From positions 165,535,736 to 165,599,735 of the forward strand of contig NC_068982.1 in assembly GCF_001194135.2 (NCBI RefSeq): a DNA stretch of 64,000 bases, written 5' to 3'. Source of the DNA: Octopus bimaculoides. Taxonomy: Eukaryota. The notes beneath the pieces are model-generated. The model made no database searches, was not told where the DNA came from, and saw only the letters and a list, made by a program, of their open reading frames with translations. The translations under genes and the position numbers were made by a program. Positions 51,950 to 64,000 of this stretch are shown here, in pieces. Numbering within the stretch: position 1 is the stretch's first letter; every line of letters starts with the position of its first letter.

Positions 51950-53100
51950 CATTAGTGCTTATAATTCGGAGCATTCATGAAATAGTGAGACACAGCAGCA
52001 CAGACATACATATGGATAAATGTTTCAGATTTGGGAATGGAAGTAAGAGTAACCTGACGAGGTTCTTGAAATTAATAAACAGCATTCATAAATCGACTCA
52101 ATTCACAATAGATGTGAACGAAACGACTGCAATGACACGAATACATACCATAACTTAGATTTTACAACTTAACACCCATTCCATATTAAAAGAAACAACC
52201 CATTTAATATAGCAAGGTGTACATTTTCAATAGTTACGTATACAACGACATGAGGGAGGTGGCTGGTTGAAATAAAAGTATTCCTTAAGAAACAGAAATA
52301 CCTGAGAAACTTAGCAAATCATATCATAACCCAGCCAAAAAGATCCCATTCTCTGTCTTACGGAGACACTTTTACAATAGGAACCAAGACAAAACCAAAA
52401 ACATAACACTACAGATTTAATTTGTAGTTACCATAACTCTGAAAATCATGACATATTACATTCGACCAAATGATAACTTCTAATCCTACACCAATTATTA
52501 AATTTCAGAAAATAGTCATAAAATATCAACTAGCCAAAACAACCGCCAAATCTTAAAAGTTTCTCAATAAAGGCAAAATTCACAACAGAAGAAGAAATAA
52601 TGCACGCAACAAAATGTGAAAACTTTCGTTGTCGGACGTGAGAAATAGTTGAACAGGAGAAAACAAAACTTTCAAGAATGGAAAGAAACTGAAGTTAGTG
52701 CAAATACGAATGGCAAAGCAAAAATTAAATATCCGCTACATTACAGAGCCACAATTTCATGAGATTTATATCAGCCAAACAGGATCAAAATGAATACATT
52801 GGATACATAGGCAACAAATCAAAACTCCTTCTCTTAAAAATGTTCAGTTTAGTAAACATCTAGACATTTGTGCAATTTCAAATTTCAAAATAATCGGAGT
52901 TTTCTTTTTCAAAATGAAGGAAGAGTATTATCAACTCCCGAATGCAAAGTGAAATACGTTATAAGAATTCTAAATTCGAAACTAAACCGTAATAGTCAAC
53001 ACTGTTACTAAAATCAACTTCCTCTATACAGATTAACCCGTAATAAGTGTATTTGAGAAAGTTTAAACAACGAAAGCGCAGATACATTACAAAAGCTCGT
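51950..53100 (+). mobile_element. Decayed Penelope-like element (RT C-terminus and GIY-YIG)
   Basis: KLINSIHKSTQFTI (ORF 51955..52158), a Cys-rich segment at ~52615-52640, EYIG (52792), HLDICA..FKI (52857) and a terminal KLN-like segment (~52980). Many disruptions. Confidence 0.55.
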
Positions 53101-56100
53101 TTCCCCAAAATTTGTGTTGTTGAGTGTTTTTTTTAATTTTTTCTAGTATAATTAATAATTTGGATTTCCAAAAATCTTTCTCCGAATTAGTTGACTCAAT
53201 CAAAAATTCTTTCTATTTATTTCTAAATTGTTATGTGTGTGTATGTATGTGTGTGTATGTATGTATGTATGTGTATGTATGTGTGTGTATGTATGTATGT
53301 GCATGTATGTGTGTGTATTTATGTGTGTGTATGTATGTATGCGTGCGTGTCTGTCTGTCTGTCTGTCTATGTTTTATTTATTGCTATAGGATGAAAAGCC
53401 AAAGTGACATTGCCTGAATTTGAAATAAGAATATGAAAAACTCGAATAAATATTGCACAGAAATTTGTCGAATTTCTACCGATTCTTCCAAAGAGCAGCC
53501 ATTTTGGATGAATTCCAACGATATATAAGTGTTACTTCACTCGAAATTTCCTAGGCAATCATCGCCTTGACACCTAATAACGTCACAGAATGTCAACACA
53601 GAATGTATTTAGAAATATAACACATAGTGATTCTTGAACGAGATTTTGAAGATAACATTTTAGGTTATATGAATGCCTTTCCTTTAGTCAGTGACCTGTT
53701 TTTAAAGAAATTATGTCTATCGATGCATGGTATTTATTTGAGAAATTATAAACAGCCCGTTGAAAATTACACTTTAATACGTTACACTTAATGTACATTT
53801 ATTGATTTGACACGGACTACTGACTTTGTGAATAGAATTCGAAACAGAGTAATGAATCTACAAAGTCTAATAGTTCAATATGCTACAACTAGAACTAATC
53901 TTCACACACGCGGAAATTTAAGAATTGACTGTATTCCAAGAATGAAAATGGATGATATAGACTTACTATATTTCATTGATTTGGAAAAAAATATTATGAG
54001 AATAGCAAAATATACAAAACCGTATATATAAACTTGAAAGACTGTATCTATTTAAACTCGTGGAATAGTTTCCAGTTAGTGTCTATTACATGGTAACCAA
54101 AACTGCATTTGGAATATTTGTCCTATCCTATCATTTCATTTAATTTTGCTGTATCTTGCATATGACGCATCATGTTTAAATACACTCTGCGGAAGATTGT
54201 TCTGTTGTCAAAAGTATGCCAAGTTTTCCTTCTTGCTATGTTGACTCTATATGTAAATGATTTATACTTGGCAGAGCTTTCTTTAGCTGTTAAATATTCC
54301 CAATAATAAAATCAATATTTTTTCATTAAACTATCTGCAAGTTACGACGTATGTTCTGTCATAATGTAAGAATGTGTAATGATATATGCCCAAAGAATAT
54401 CTGAAACTAAAATTAACTACTAAAATATTTATATAGAAAGCTATTATAACAAAGTTAAAGTGAATTCATAATTACTATTAGTTTTGTTTCGATTACTCAC
54501 GAAAGCCTTATGTTTTATGGTACAATTTGGAGTGCAGAGTTCATTTGGTTCACAAAGGCATTAGCGTCGTAGGTAAAGATAATTATATGCAATGGGTACA
54601 TTTCTGATAGCTAATAGTTACTAGTAGTTACTTATTCTAGTAACTAAAAAATAAGATTCGAATTCATTACAAGATTTGAACTTGGAGAATGGAAACATTA
54701 ACTATTCAAATAATCTTTCGATTTCTTTACTTTTGAATCAATTGTTATTCAATGCACTCTTGTTATTTGTTTGAATTTTGAAATTTTATATTGCGTTTAG
54801 CAAACAGTTTCGTCCTTAATTTCAGACTTGCTAGGGGCAGTTTTAGTATTTCTGAATAGAGCATAATGTGAACCATGTCCAACGCAGTGGGATCGAAACC
54901 GGAAATATGTTACCACAGAGCAAACTGCTGAGCCGTAGATGCAAACTTCTACCGGATGTGTATTGCAAGAAGTTCTCTACAAATACAGTGTGACTCACAT
55001 ACGCAAATACACACGCACACACACACACTGACATGTTTGTATGCGCGTGTGTTTGTGTGTGAGAGGGAGAGAAAGAGAGAGAGAGTAAGGAGAAAGAGAG
55101 AGAGAGTAAGGCGAAAGAGATAGATTAAGGCGAAAGAGAGAGATTAAGGAGAAAGAGAGAGAGTAAGGAGACAGAGAAAGTAAGCTGATATCGTTATCAA
55201 TTATTTGTTCAACTAAATTTACAGCGGCGAGGTACGAACATAGCTAAAATAGTCAAGGAACTCAAAGCACTTTGTCCTTACGGTAGCAATATCAAGTTGG
55301 CATTGAATTGTGATCAGATACAGAAAGTTCCGATTCTGTACAACTACATTATCAGAATTCGTTTAGATGCCAAATTCGAATTCGTATGTGAGAAAAAATA
55401 ATATAGTCTAACAAGGAAATAGCCAAAAGGTTACAACTTATAAGTAATCTGTATTTATATATATAACTTTGATTAAGCCAGTGATATTCAAAACCTGCAA
55501 TGCGAATATATACTGATTATATGAAAACAAATAAGCTGTTATAGATCAAAATACTTGTTTGTTTTTTTAGGTTCTTCAGGATAAAATTATTTGTTTGAGT
55601 TTAATTTCAAATTAGTAACATCTTTTGTATTTGCAGTTGCAAGACGCTGGTGAAATATAATTTCTGACTTATAAATCTAAAATGAGAACGAATCAGTTCT
55701 TGTAGAGTCAGTATGAGTTTATAACAAAAAGGTCAAATCAAGTAGAACGCTGGAAAATAATTTATTTGGCGACGAAAAGGTAAGTAAATTGAATAGCTAT
55801 AATGATTTGGATTGACATACAACATTTCCTGCTTTGATTTATTTATTATAAGTATATGAATAGAATGAAAATTTTAACTATATTGTGATGAATATGAAAA
55901 CCGAAAGATTGTCTAAAAATCTTAGAAAACAACTTGTATAACAACTGAAACATTTCCTTAGATATTTCCTATGATGTATGTATTTCTATATAACATGATT
56001 TTGTGTACCAACAAAAGTGACTAGGTCAAAGTACCTACGGTCTCTTGAAACTCACTGGTGGTTATACAGCACGCAGTATTCTAATAACGAAGGTTCATAA

Positions 56101-57146
56101 ATAGCAGTAAAGAAACGACTCATATGAAAACTTTCAAATGTTAAGTCTAACAATTATTCCTTTTGAACGCAAAAAGGTGTTTTACTGATGGAAAGGAAAA
56201 ATGGATAAATATATTTCAAACTGAAAATATATCGTTTGCCTAAACTAATGACATATATTACTTTCGTTCATTGTTCTCTAGTCTTAACAACTAGAATGCA
56301 ACGCACACAATAACAAAGCAACTTATAAGTGGCAGATCAGCTTGCTAGAAATTTCAGAACAACCTCACTCAAACTACACACTACTGTCTTAGAAAATTAC
56401 AAATACATTGCACAATGCAGTTGCAAATTCACTATATTTAACAAATAGAGTAGCCACGGCTAGATCGCCTTTAGAAATAGCTAGACCGGTAACGACACCA
56501 AGGGTTACAACGACTAGACAAAAGTAAACATGGAACAAATATAAAATATGGTGAAAATAATCTCTACTTGTCTTCCGTTCATAAAAATTAAAATATTTAT
56601 ACATGTTGACACCTTGTCTCAGCATCACGGAGCAGTAATGAACAAAACACAAAATAAGTTTTATACCAGGGATAAAACCACATCTCATATTGATTTTATG
56701 ACTTATATTTTTCCTCACCACATAAAAGATTTCACCTCCAATATTTCAAAAAATGGTCTACATGAATGTAGATATAAGTTGTCTGCAGAATGACACTGGG
56801 CATATTTTATGATGAGCGCGGGTTACTACGTCCTACTGAGAATATATCGTATAGACTTAGATTACAGTAACAATGAATAAGATGTCATGAGGTTAACATT
56901 GAAAAGGATCCGGCAGTCTTTTGATTTCCTACTGTTATGAGCAACTCTTTTATTATCATAGCATTTCAAGTTGATGATGGAGATACGACAACAGTCAGTA
57001 GAGATTCATTTCTATCAGATGATCGATATCTGCCAATGAAAATTACCATTGTATGAGCTATTTTGAAGAGGAAGCACTGCACAGACATCATTGCATATAG
57101 TGTTAGGAAAGTCCAAACAACAGAGAAAACATAGCTTGTACACACA

Positions 57147-57191
<45 letters not shown>

Positions 57192-58934
57192 TCATACGAA
57201 GAAAGAAGGATAAAGACCAAGAGAGATGGAAAGGAAATAAAGATGTAAAATGAGAAAGAGAGAAAGATGAGGAAGAGAAAAGGCAGGAGCACTGCGAAAG
57301 CAAAATGACAGGCGAATGTTATATATTAATTTAGATTTATACTAAATAAAGTCGTACATGATGTATTGCCCACAAACACTATATACATACCCTATAAATA
57401 TACAAGAGGTGCATATGTTGTTTGCAGTATATGCATACATATTCATTGCTTTTGACAATGTTCAATTCCAAATTCTTCAATGAAAACATTACTTGTTTTA
57501 GCGGACCGATAAAAGGCGATGACCATCTCGGTGAAATTTGGCAATAAAGAGTTTTGTCTCCAATTTTAATAGGCATTTTTTACAGCAGTATTTAATAAAT
57601 TTCATGGTGCAATTCTTTATTACATCCCATAAAGAAGCTAGGGGTGTCAAACCATCATTGCTTCACACCACCATTTAGTTTCTTGGATAACGTTAGCAGA
57701 GTTCTCAAAGCAGCAAGCATTTTGTACAAGTTTCCCTTGTGAGGATAACTAACTCTCATCTTTCTACCAGTTTCGAAAGCCTTACACAGATCATGGACAC
57801 AGCCCTCCCTCCTATAATACAACTATTAACACACAAACTTTTGATATTTTTTCTTCATAGTTAATTAACTGTTCGTATTATAGTGCATCATACCGATATG
57901 ATATGTTAGTGACGTTTATATGGTCGCTGGGAAATTAAAAGTTTGATAAATAGAGTTTTCGATAGAAAGAGAGTTTGTGATTCTAAATTGGAGACTCACC
58001 TAGTTCGGGTTTCTTATTGTTGCTGTTGTTGTTGTTGTTTTTGTTGATGATGATGATGATGATAATGATGATGATGATGATTAAGATGATGAACTTCATT
58101 ATTTACATTATAGAACTGGATGAACTTCATGATGCCATCATGATCAAGATCATAATATTGGTTGTGAAAGTGATGGTGGCGGTCGCGAAAGCTGGGAGAA
58201 TGTTAACGGCGGTATTAATAGCAGGGGTGATTGATGTTAGTGAGGATGATGTCTTTCGTATTACTAGTGATGAGAATGATAAAGAGGTTAGTTCTGCTCG
58301 AAAAAAATTCTGATTAAAAAGAAAAATCCAATTATTACTACAGACCTTTTCAGACATATCATAAACAAGGCTGCTGATATTACCAAACGTAACCTTTGTT
58401 TTTCTTTTTTTTTCATTTTCTAACCGTTCTTTTAAACCATCGGTGTCATCGTTTTAAGTCATTATTTCAAGAATCTTTGACTTTCCTCTTTAGCAAATTG
58501 ATTTATAGGAATACCACTGCATTATTGTCTACAGGTCTGCGATATTTCAGGCAGCCGTGGTAGAACACTAGAGAGAAAATCGCCAAAGAGCAAAATGTAA
58601 GCATCCGGCGAACCGATGGCTGCAACGTATTTTTGATAAGTGATTCAATGATTCATTTCTAAACAAGATTTACCATAAAGAATCGTATTCATTAATTATT
58701 GAATGTGATGTGAGTAATAATTTTCGCTTGAACAACTATTACGTAAACAGTAGAGCTCAGTGACAATTACACATACTGATAATTAACAATATGTTTTTAA
58801 CAATATTAATTTTTAACAATATTAATTTTAGCAATTTGAGTTGTTTCAGATCTGGTTATTTTACAGAGTTGTTCACAATTCCTTCTTTTCAGGTTAACGT
58901 TTTATTTAATCTTTAATACTTTCTGTATATAATC

Positions 58935-59148
58935 CGGCGAGTTGGCAGAAGGTTATCTCGCCGGATAAAATGCTTAGCGATATTTCTTCCGACTTTACGT
59001 TCTGAGTTCAGATCTCGCCAGAGTCAACTTTGCTTTTCATCCTTATGAGATCGATAAAATAAGAACCGGTTGACCACTGGGGTTGATGTAACCGACTTAC
59101 CCCTTCCCCTGAAATTGCGGGCCTTGCGTCAAATTTCGAAATTAATAT
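58935..59148 (+). mobile_element. SINE family B
   Basis: GGCGAGTTGGCAGAA head, GAGTTCAGATCTC B-box, CTTTGCTTTTCATCCTTATGAGATCGATAAAATAAG module. Confidence 0.85.
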
Positions 59149-59149
59149 T

Positions 59150-61044
59150 TTGTCTATTCTGTAAGATTACAAAAGAATCTGCCTCGGTGCACGACAAGAT
59201 AGGACTACTGTTTGAAGAAGACACATCACTGACTGCAGACCCCAGGAGTATAAGTGAAGTGCTAAATAAACAATCCCAAATTATCTTCAACTCTCCACTG
59301 GCAAATATGCAACAATATGCAAATAAGCATGCCTGATGAGTTCTTCGTTACTGCAGATCTACCTGGGCATGGGAAAGAGGCAACCATAGATTGCATCGAC
59401 ATAAAGGAGAAAGTAGTAAAATCGGATATCGATGAGATGAACGCAAACTCAGCATTGGGCTGATAAGGATTTTCGGCTATTGAAACACATGCAAGACTCG
59501 TCTCACAAAACTACTGCAAATATTTTTTCAGTGTTTCCTTGTATGTTACAATCTTTCCAAACTGTTAAGAAAAGGTATCATATGCCTTATCCATAAAAGA
59601 GAAATCAGAGCGGATGCTAAAAATTATAAGCCTGTCTCTCTGACGTTGCCTGTTAGAAAGGCCATGGAACTCGTTCTCAGAGGTTGGCTGAACACGTTCC
59701 TGGAAGAAAATAACTGGATCACAATACGCCTTCCGTTCAGGGATGAGCTGCCCCACGCAACTACAAAAGCACTATGACTGAGTACACAAACAAAAGCTCA
59801 ACCGCTCAAATGTGGATGTAATATATCTCGACTTTGCAAGGGCCTTTGACATGTTGATCATGGGGTGCTATGTCACAAACTGCGTGACACTGCTATCGTT
59901 GGGAAATTAGAAGAGTGTCTGCATGACGTTTTGAAAGACAGAAGCCAGAAGTAAAACACCTAATGGTACTCTCTCCAGGTAGTCCTCAATCCCTCATGGA
60001 ACTGTACAAGGAACATTACTGTTTGTGGAGGCTTTCTCAGACATGCCCTCAGCAATACTGTCAGCAACTCTCAACCAGCTATGCTGATGATACAAAATAT
60101 TACAGGCGGACCAAGGACCCTGATGATATCCTAAAATTTCAGAAAGATCTGAATGTAATATACAGGTGGGCTGATGAACATAACGGATAGTTCAATGCTG
60201 AACAGTTTTAAGTATTCCACAATGGGCCTACAAACTGATAACAACTGGAATACACAAGACCAGAGGATGGTGCAATCCCAGATTTAGAACTGGGGCGTGA
60301 CCTGGGAATCCGCATGAGTAAATGATGCAACATTCCATGTGCGTATTTCCAAGATGGTAACACTGTACAGGCGAGTAGCTAGATCGATTCTGGGTTCTTT
60401 CAGAACCAGGAGAAAGTGTACCACGCTCCTCTTGTGGAGAACCATCATGCTCAGTAGTCTGGATTACTGCTCCTAATTATGGTCACCGCAGAGCATCGAA
60501 TTGATGGCAGAACGCGTGACAATCCATTGCCACCACACAAAGGGGATTGACTCGGTGAAACACATGAACTACTGAGAAACACTAAAGGAACTGAAGCTCT
60601 AATCCCCAGAGAGAAGACGTGAAAGATATGCACTGATATACATATGGAAGATCCAGGAAGGTCTAGCTCCCAACTTTGGAAGCGAAAACTATACTAACCA
60701 CCGAAAGGAACAGCATTGCATAGTACCAAAGATCCAATTTCTCCATCTAGAATAAGGATTTAGTACTATAACAGCTTGGGTTTAAATGGTCAATAACTAT
60801 TCAACATTCAGCCAAACAGCCTCAGAGGTTTGCGAGGTGTAGATATGTAAGTCTTCAAAAACATCAGAACAAATTTTTATTTGGGATACCAGATATACTC
60901 ACATCACAGCAGGAAGAAAAGTAACTCCGTTCAACTCGCTACTTCATCTGAAACAATACTGAAAAGAAACCTAGTGAACTGAAATGGAGTGCTCCAGCAA
61001 GGCCTCGGTCTTTGGTTGAAACCAAAACAGCAAATAAAAGCATT
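59150..61044 (+). mobile_element. Decayed CR1/L2-group LINE (RT and C-terminus)
   Basis: NYKPVSLT (59622-45), VDVIYLDFARAFD (59812-50), YADDTK (60080-97), FQKDLNVIYRWA, LDYCS.LWSP. Many frameshifts; A-rich end followed by (TATG)n. Confidence 0.88.
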
Positions 61045-61894
61045 ATATATGTATGTATGTATGTATGTATATTTCGTTCATTTCATAATTCTTACTTCAA
61101 CAATATGCTTATATTGGAATACTTCTCATATATTATGTACTATTTGCAATCGCTACTATATTGATAGCTTAAATCAATGACATTCTTGCTCGCAACCACG
61201 CCACAATCTTTGCGAGCTACACACATTGTACAAATTTCAAATAACTATTGCTTGACGATCACCCACAGACCTCGAATGTTCAACTTTTACTTTGACTTTC
61301 CATCTCCAACTCTAATATCTACGATAGCATCCCGACACCACCAGCCATAAATCTAAATACGTAACGAGCTTGTATTCTTTCCTTTTAGAATCGTGACAAG
61401 CTCTAATATATCACCAGTGTGGTTAAAGCTGAATTTCGAATTTTGATAAGAGATAGCAAGACATGTCAGATGGGATTCAGTTCAGGATTGTTAGTAGAAC
61501 TGACGACACACACGAACATGCACACACACACACACACATACACACCATACACACACCACATGCCACCACACGCATACACATACCCACATTAACAGACACT
61601 ATACAGCACGGGAAAACTAGTCGAGATTAACAGGAAAACAATGTCAGGGTCAGGTTTCTTACAATATATCAGGCCCATGTTACGAATATCTTTAAACGAA
61701 GTTGAATTTCCGATGGCTGACATTCTCCATCTTTCTGGTAACTTCATAAATACATATAATAGAACTGCATTAACTGATAAGTCTTCACCCATGAACATAC
61801 ACACATATACACTCATGTGCATATTCACACACGAATACAGTTATCTAAATTCATGGCATTGGCGAATTTGAGTTATTCCTCTTGGTTTATATTT

Positions 61895-61950
<56 letters not shown>

Positions 61951-64000
61951 TATATGTATGTATTATGTATATATGTATGTATGTGTGTTTGTATTTATGT
62001 GTTATATGTGTGTAAATGTCTGTATATAATTATGGGTAAGCAAGTAGATGGTGTGACCTTTAAAACAGTTCCACAATCACAGTCACACATACGTACACAG
62101 ACACACGCACGCACATTAATACATATGCATACATCCAGATTATATCGGATATCTAGTGATTTACGAGCCAGTACTGCTGTGTATTTGCATTGCTTGTCTA
62201 TACATAAATGTTCATGCGTATTAGTGTTTTTGTGTGAGTGCGTGTGTGTGTGCGTGCGTGCCTGCATAGATCACCATTACAAAACAGTGATACAATGTTT
62301 TTCACTACAGTAAAAGAAATCCATGTCTACTGTCAGTACAGACTGACTCCTAGGTTGTTTCACTGATGTTACTAAAGTGATTTTATTGTTTCCTGTTCTT
62401 TGATTTGTTTAGCCAGTTGTCGAATTGCAGACATCCTGGTGCAGAGTGTTTGTGAGCATGAAAACGTTTACGGCGGATGGCTATAATTAATAAAAGAAGA
62501 AACTGATATAGTAATATGTCAGTGATAATGCCGCTAGCTGAGTCAACTAAACATGGAATAATCAGATGAGCAGTCGGCACCACACTGCAACATCTCCCAG
62601 GCCAGGTTACGTAGCACTCAACAACTCAGTCACATAGTTGTGTAATGGTAGCTATCGTGATGATATAAATCAATTCAGCATTTGTGTAATACACTTTGAC
62701 GAAAGAGATATCGTTTTGCACTCCTCTGTTCCTTTCTGTTTGCAAAGAAATGTAAATCTTCGTGACCGAAGGAGGAAGTTTAACTGTCATGTACTTAACA
62801 GTCTGACATCAGAGGAAATCACCAGTCTGTCGAATGAAACAACTTCCGATATTAATGGGATCGACTAAGTTATTTCTGCTTTAGCAATACTTTTTTATAT
62901 ATTGGTCAGAAGTAAAATCCAGTATCATGCATGAACTTTGCTGTACTTTCAGACTGGTGGGATTGATACAACCCATTGCCCAACTCGAATATCTCTGAAT
63001 TAAAATCTGCAAGGGAAAATAATCAGGACAGTAGCCTGAATGCTTGTAACCGAGTAGACAAGTAAAAGTACCCAGATGTTGGTATCTAACTGGGTAGATA
63101 ATTATGGTGTTGCTTATACACAATCAAGTCTTCAATTTTCAAACCTATGATCAAAAGCCTTCCTGCCATGAAATAGCATTTTTATATACATTGGCGGCTA
63201 TTTCAAAGAAGGTTGAATATCCATGTAGAAGCTACCCCATAACAAAGGACTTCTTATAATGCGGCGATGATATGTCATAAGGAGAGAACGAAAATAATTA
63301 TTGGTCTTAATTTTTGTAAAGCACAGTAGCTTTCATTCCATATGCGTATCAGGTGATGACATCAGTTTTATCAAAGTTATTATTCAAGTTACTGAAATTA
63401 AATGATTTAAACCGGAAATTAAATGTATGACCCGCTTTCTCGACGGCCCTGATCAAAACTGAAACCTGTTTTTTTTTTTTTTTTTTTGTTAATTTGGTGC
63501 CTTGGGTGTTAAACCTTAAATTATGAATAAAGCAAAATTGTATTTTATAGCAATATAGAGGAAATATGTCAGAATTACGTCAATTCAATATAGACTTTAT
63601 TTAACTATTACAAAAACTATATGTGATACTTTATGGTGCCATATTAAATTTCGTTATTGAAATACCGGTGTGCATGTCATTTATAATGTATTTACAATAG
63701 TAGAACGGCGTTAGTTGCAAATTTTGTCTCAGGGCAATTTCTCTTTAAATATTTTGCAATGAAAGCAAGCATGCGTTGGATAAGGGTAGAGAAGGGTTGT
63801 GACACAGAGATCCTTTGTCTAAATTACATCACCTCAGTGACTGATCCCGCCACCTGCAGCCTTTCGGCTTCGACTAAAAAATGCAGGAATTTTACTTAAT
63901 CCTGGCCAGTGTCCCCCATAAATTATCAAATGTTTACTTTGAAAAATACAATATAGGAATGGAAGTTTCTATGTAAGACGGAACGACTGGAGGTTTCCGT

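Noticed and set aside
55636-55779. Plus-strand segment between tttgtatttgcag and AAG|GTAAGT
   Set aside because: All three frames are closed for the full segment; it could be a non-coding exon but there is no other support.
58017-58313. 98-aa ORF with poly-L and poly-M
   Set aside because: Derived from (TTG)n and (GAT)n repeats and low-complexity sequence.

Overview
AT-rich, microsatellite-saturated animal genomic DNA with many N gaps. The SINE families and the LINE and DNA-transposon mix look like an octopus genome; this is inferred from recalled repeat families, not from a search. No host gene can be confidently named. Three short minus-strand segments with good splice signals and compatible phases (31015-31132, 22366-22438, 4197-4258) may be exons of one large gene whose introns fill the window. 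Most long ORFs in the track are microsatellite or N-gap artefacts. The interpretable content is mobile DNA: at least six R4/Dong-like RLE LINE pieces, several embedded in trinucleotide arrays, including a young frame-intact copy inside (TAA)n; a TSD-bounded 409-bp retro-insertion encoding three intact C2H2 fingers with a 3' stem-loop; a Tx1/L1-like copy with a twin-priming-type 5' inversion; an ORF1-only L1-like element; a decayed CR1; Penelope-like remnants; one near-intact and one degenerate hammerhead ribozyme motif; a full-length decayed Chapaev-type transposon with TIRs and TAA TSD; DD34D and DD41D mariner-family fossils; and 12 tRNA-derived SINE copies of two families, some inverted.
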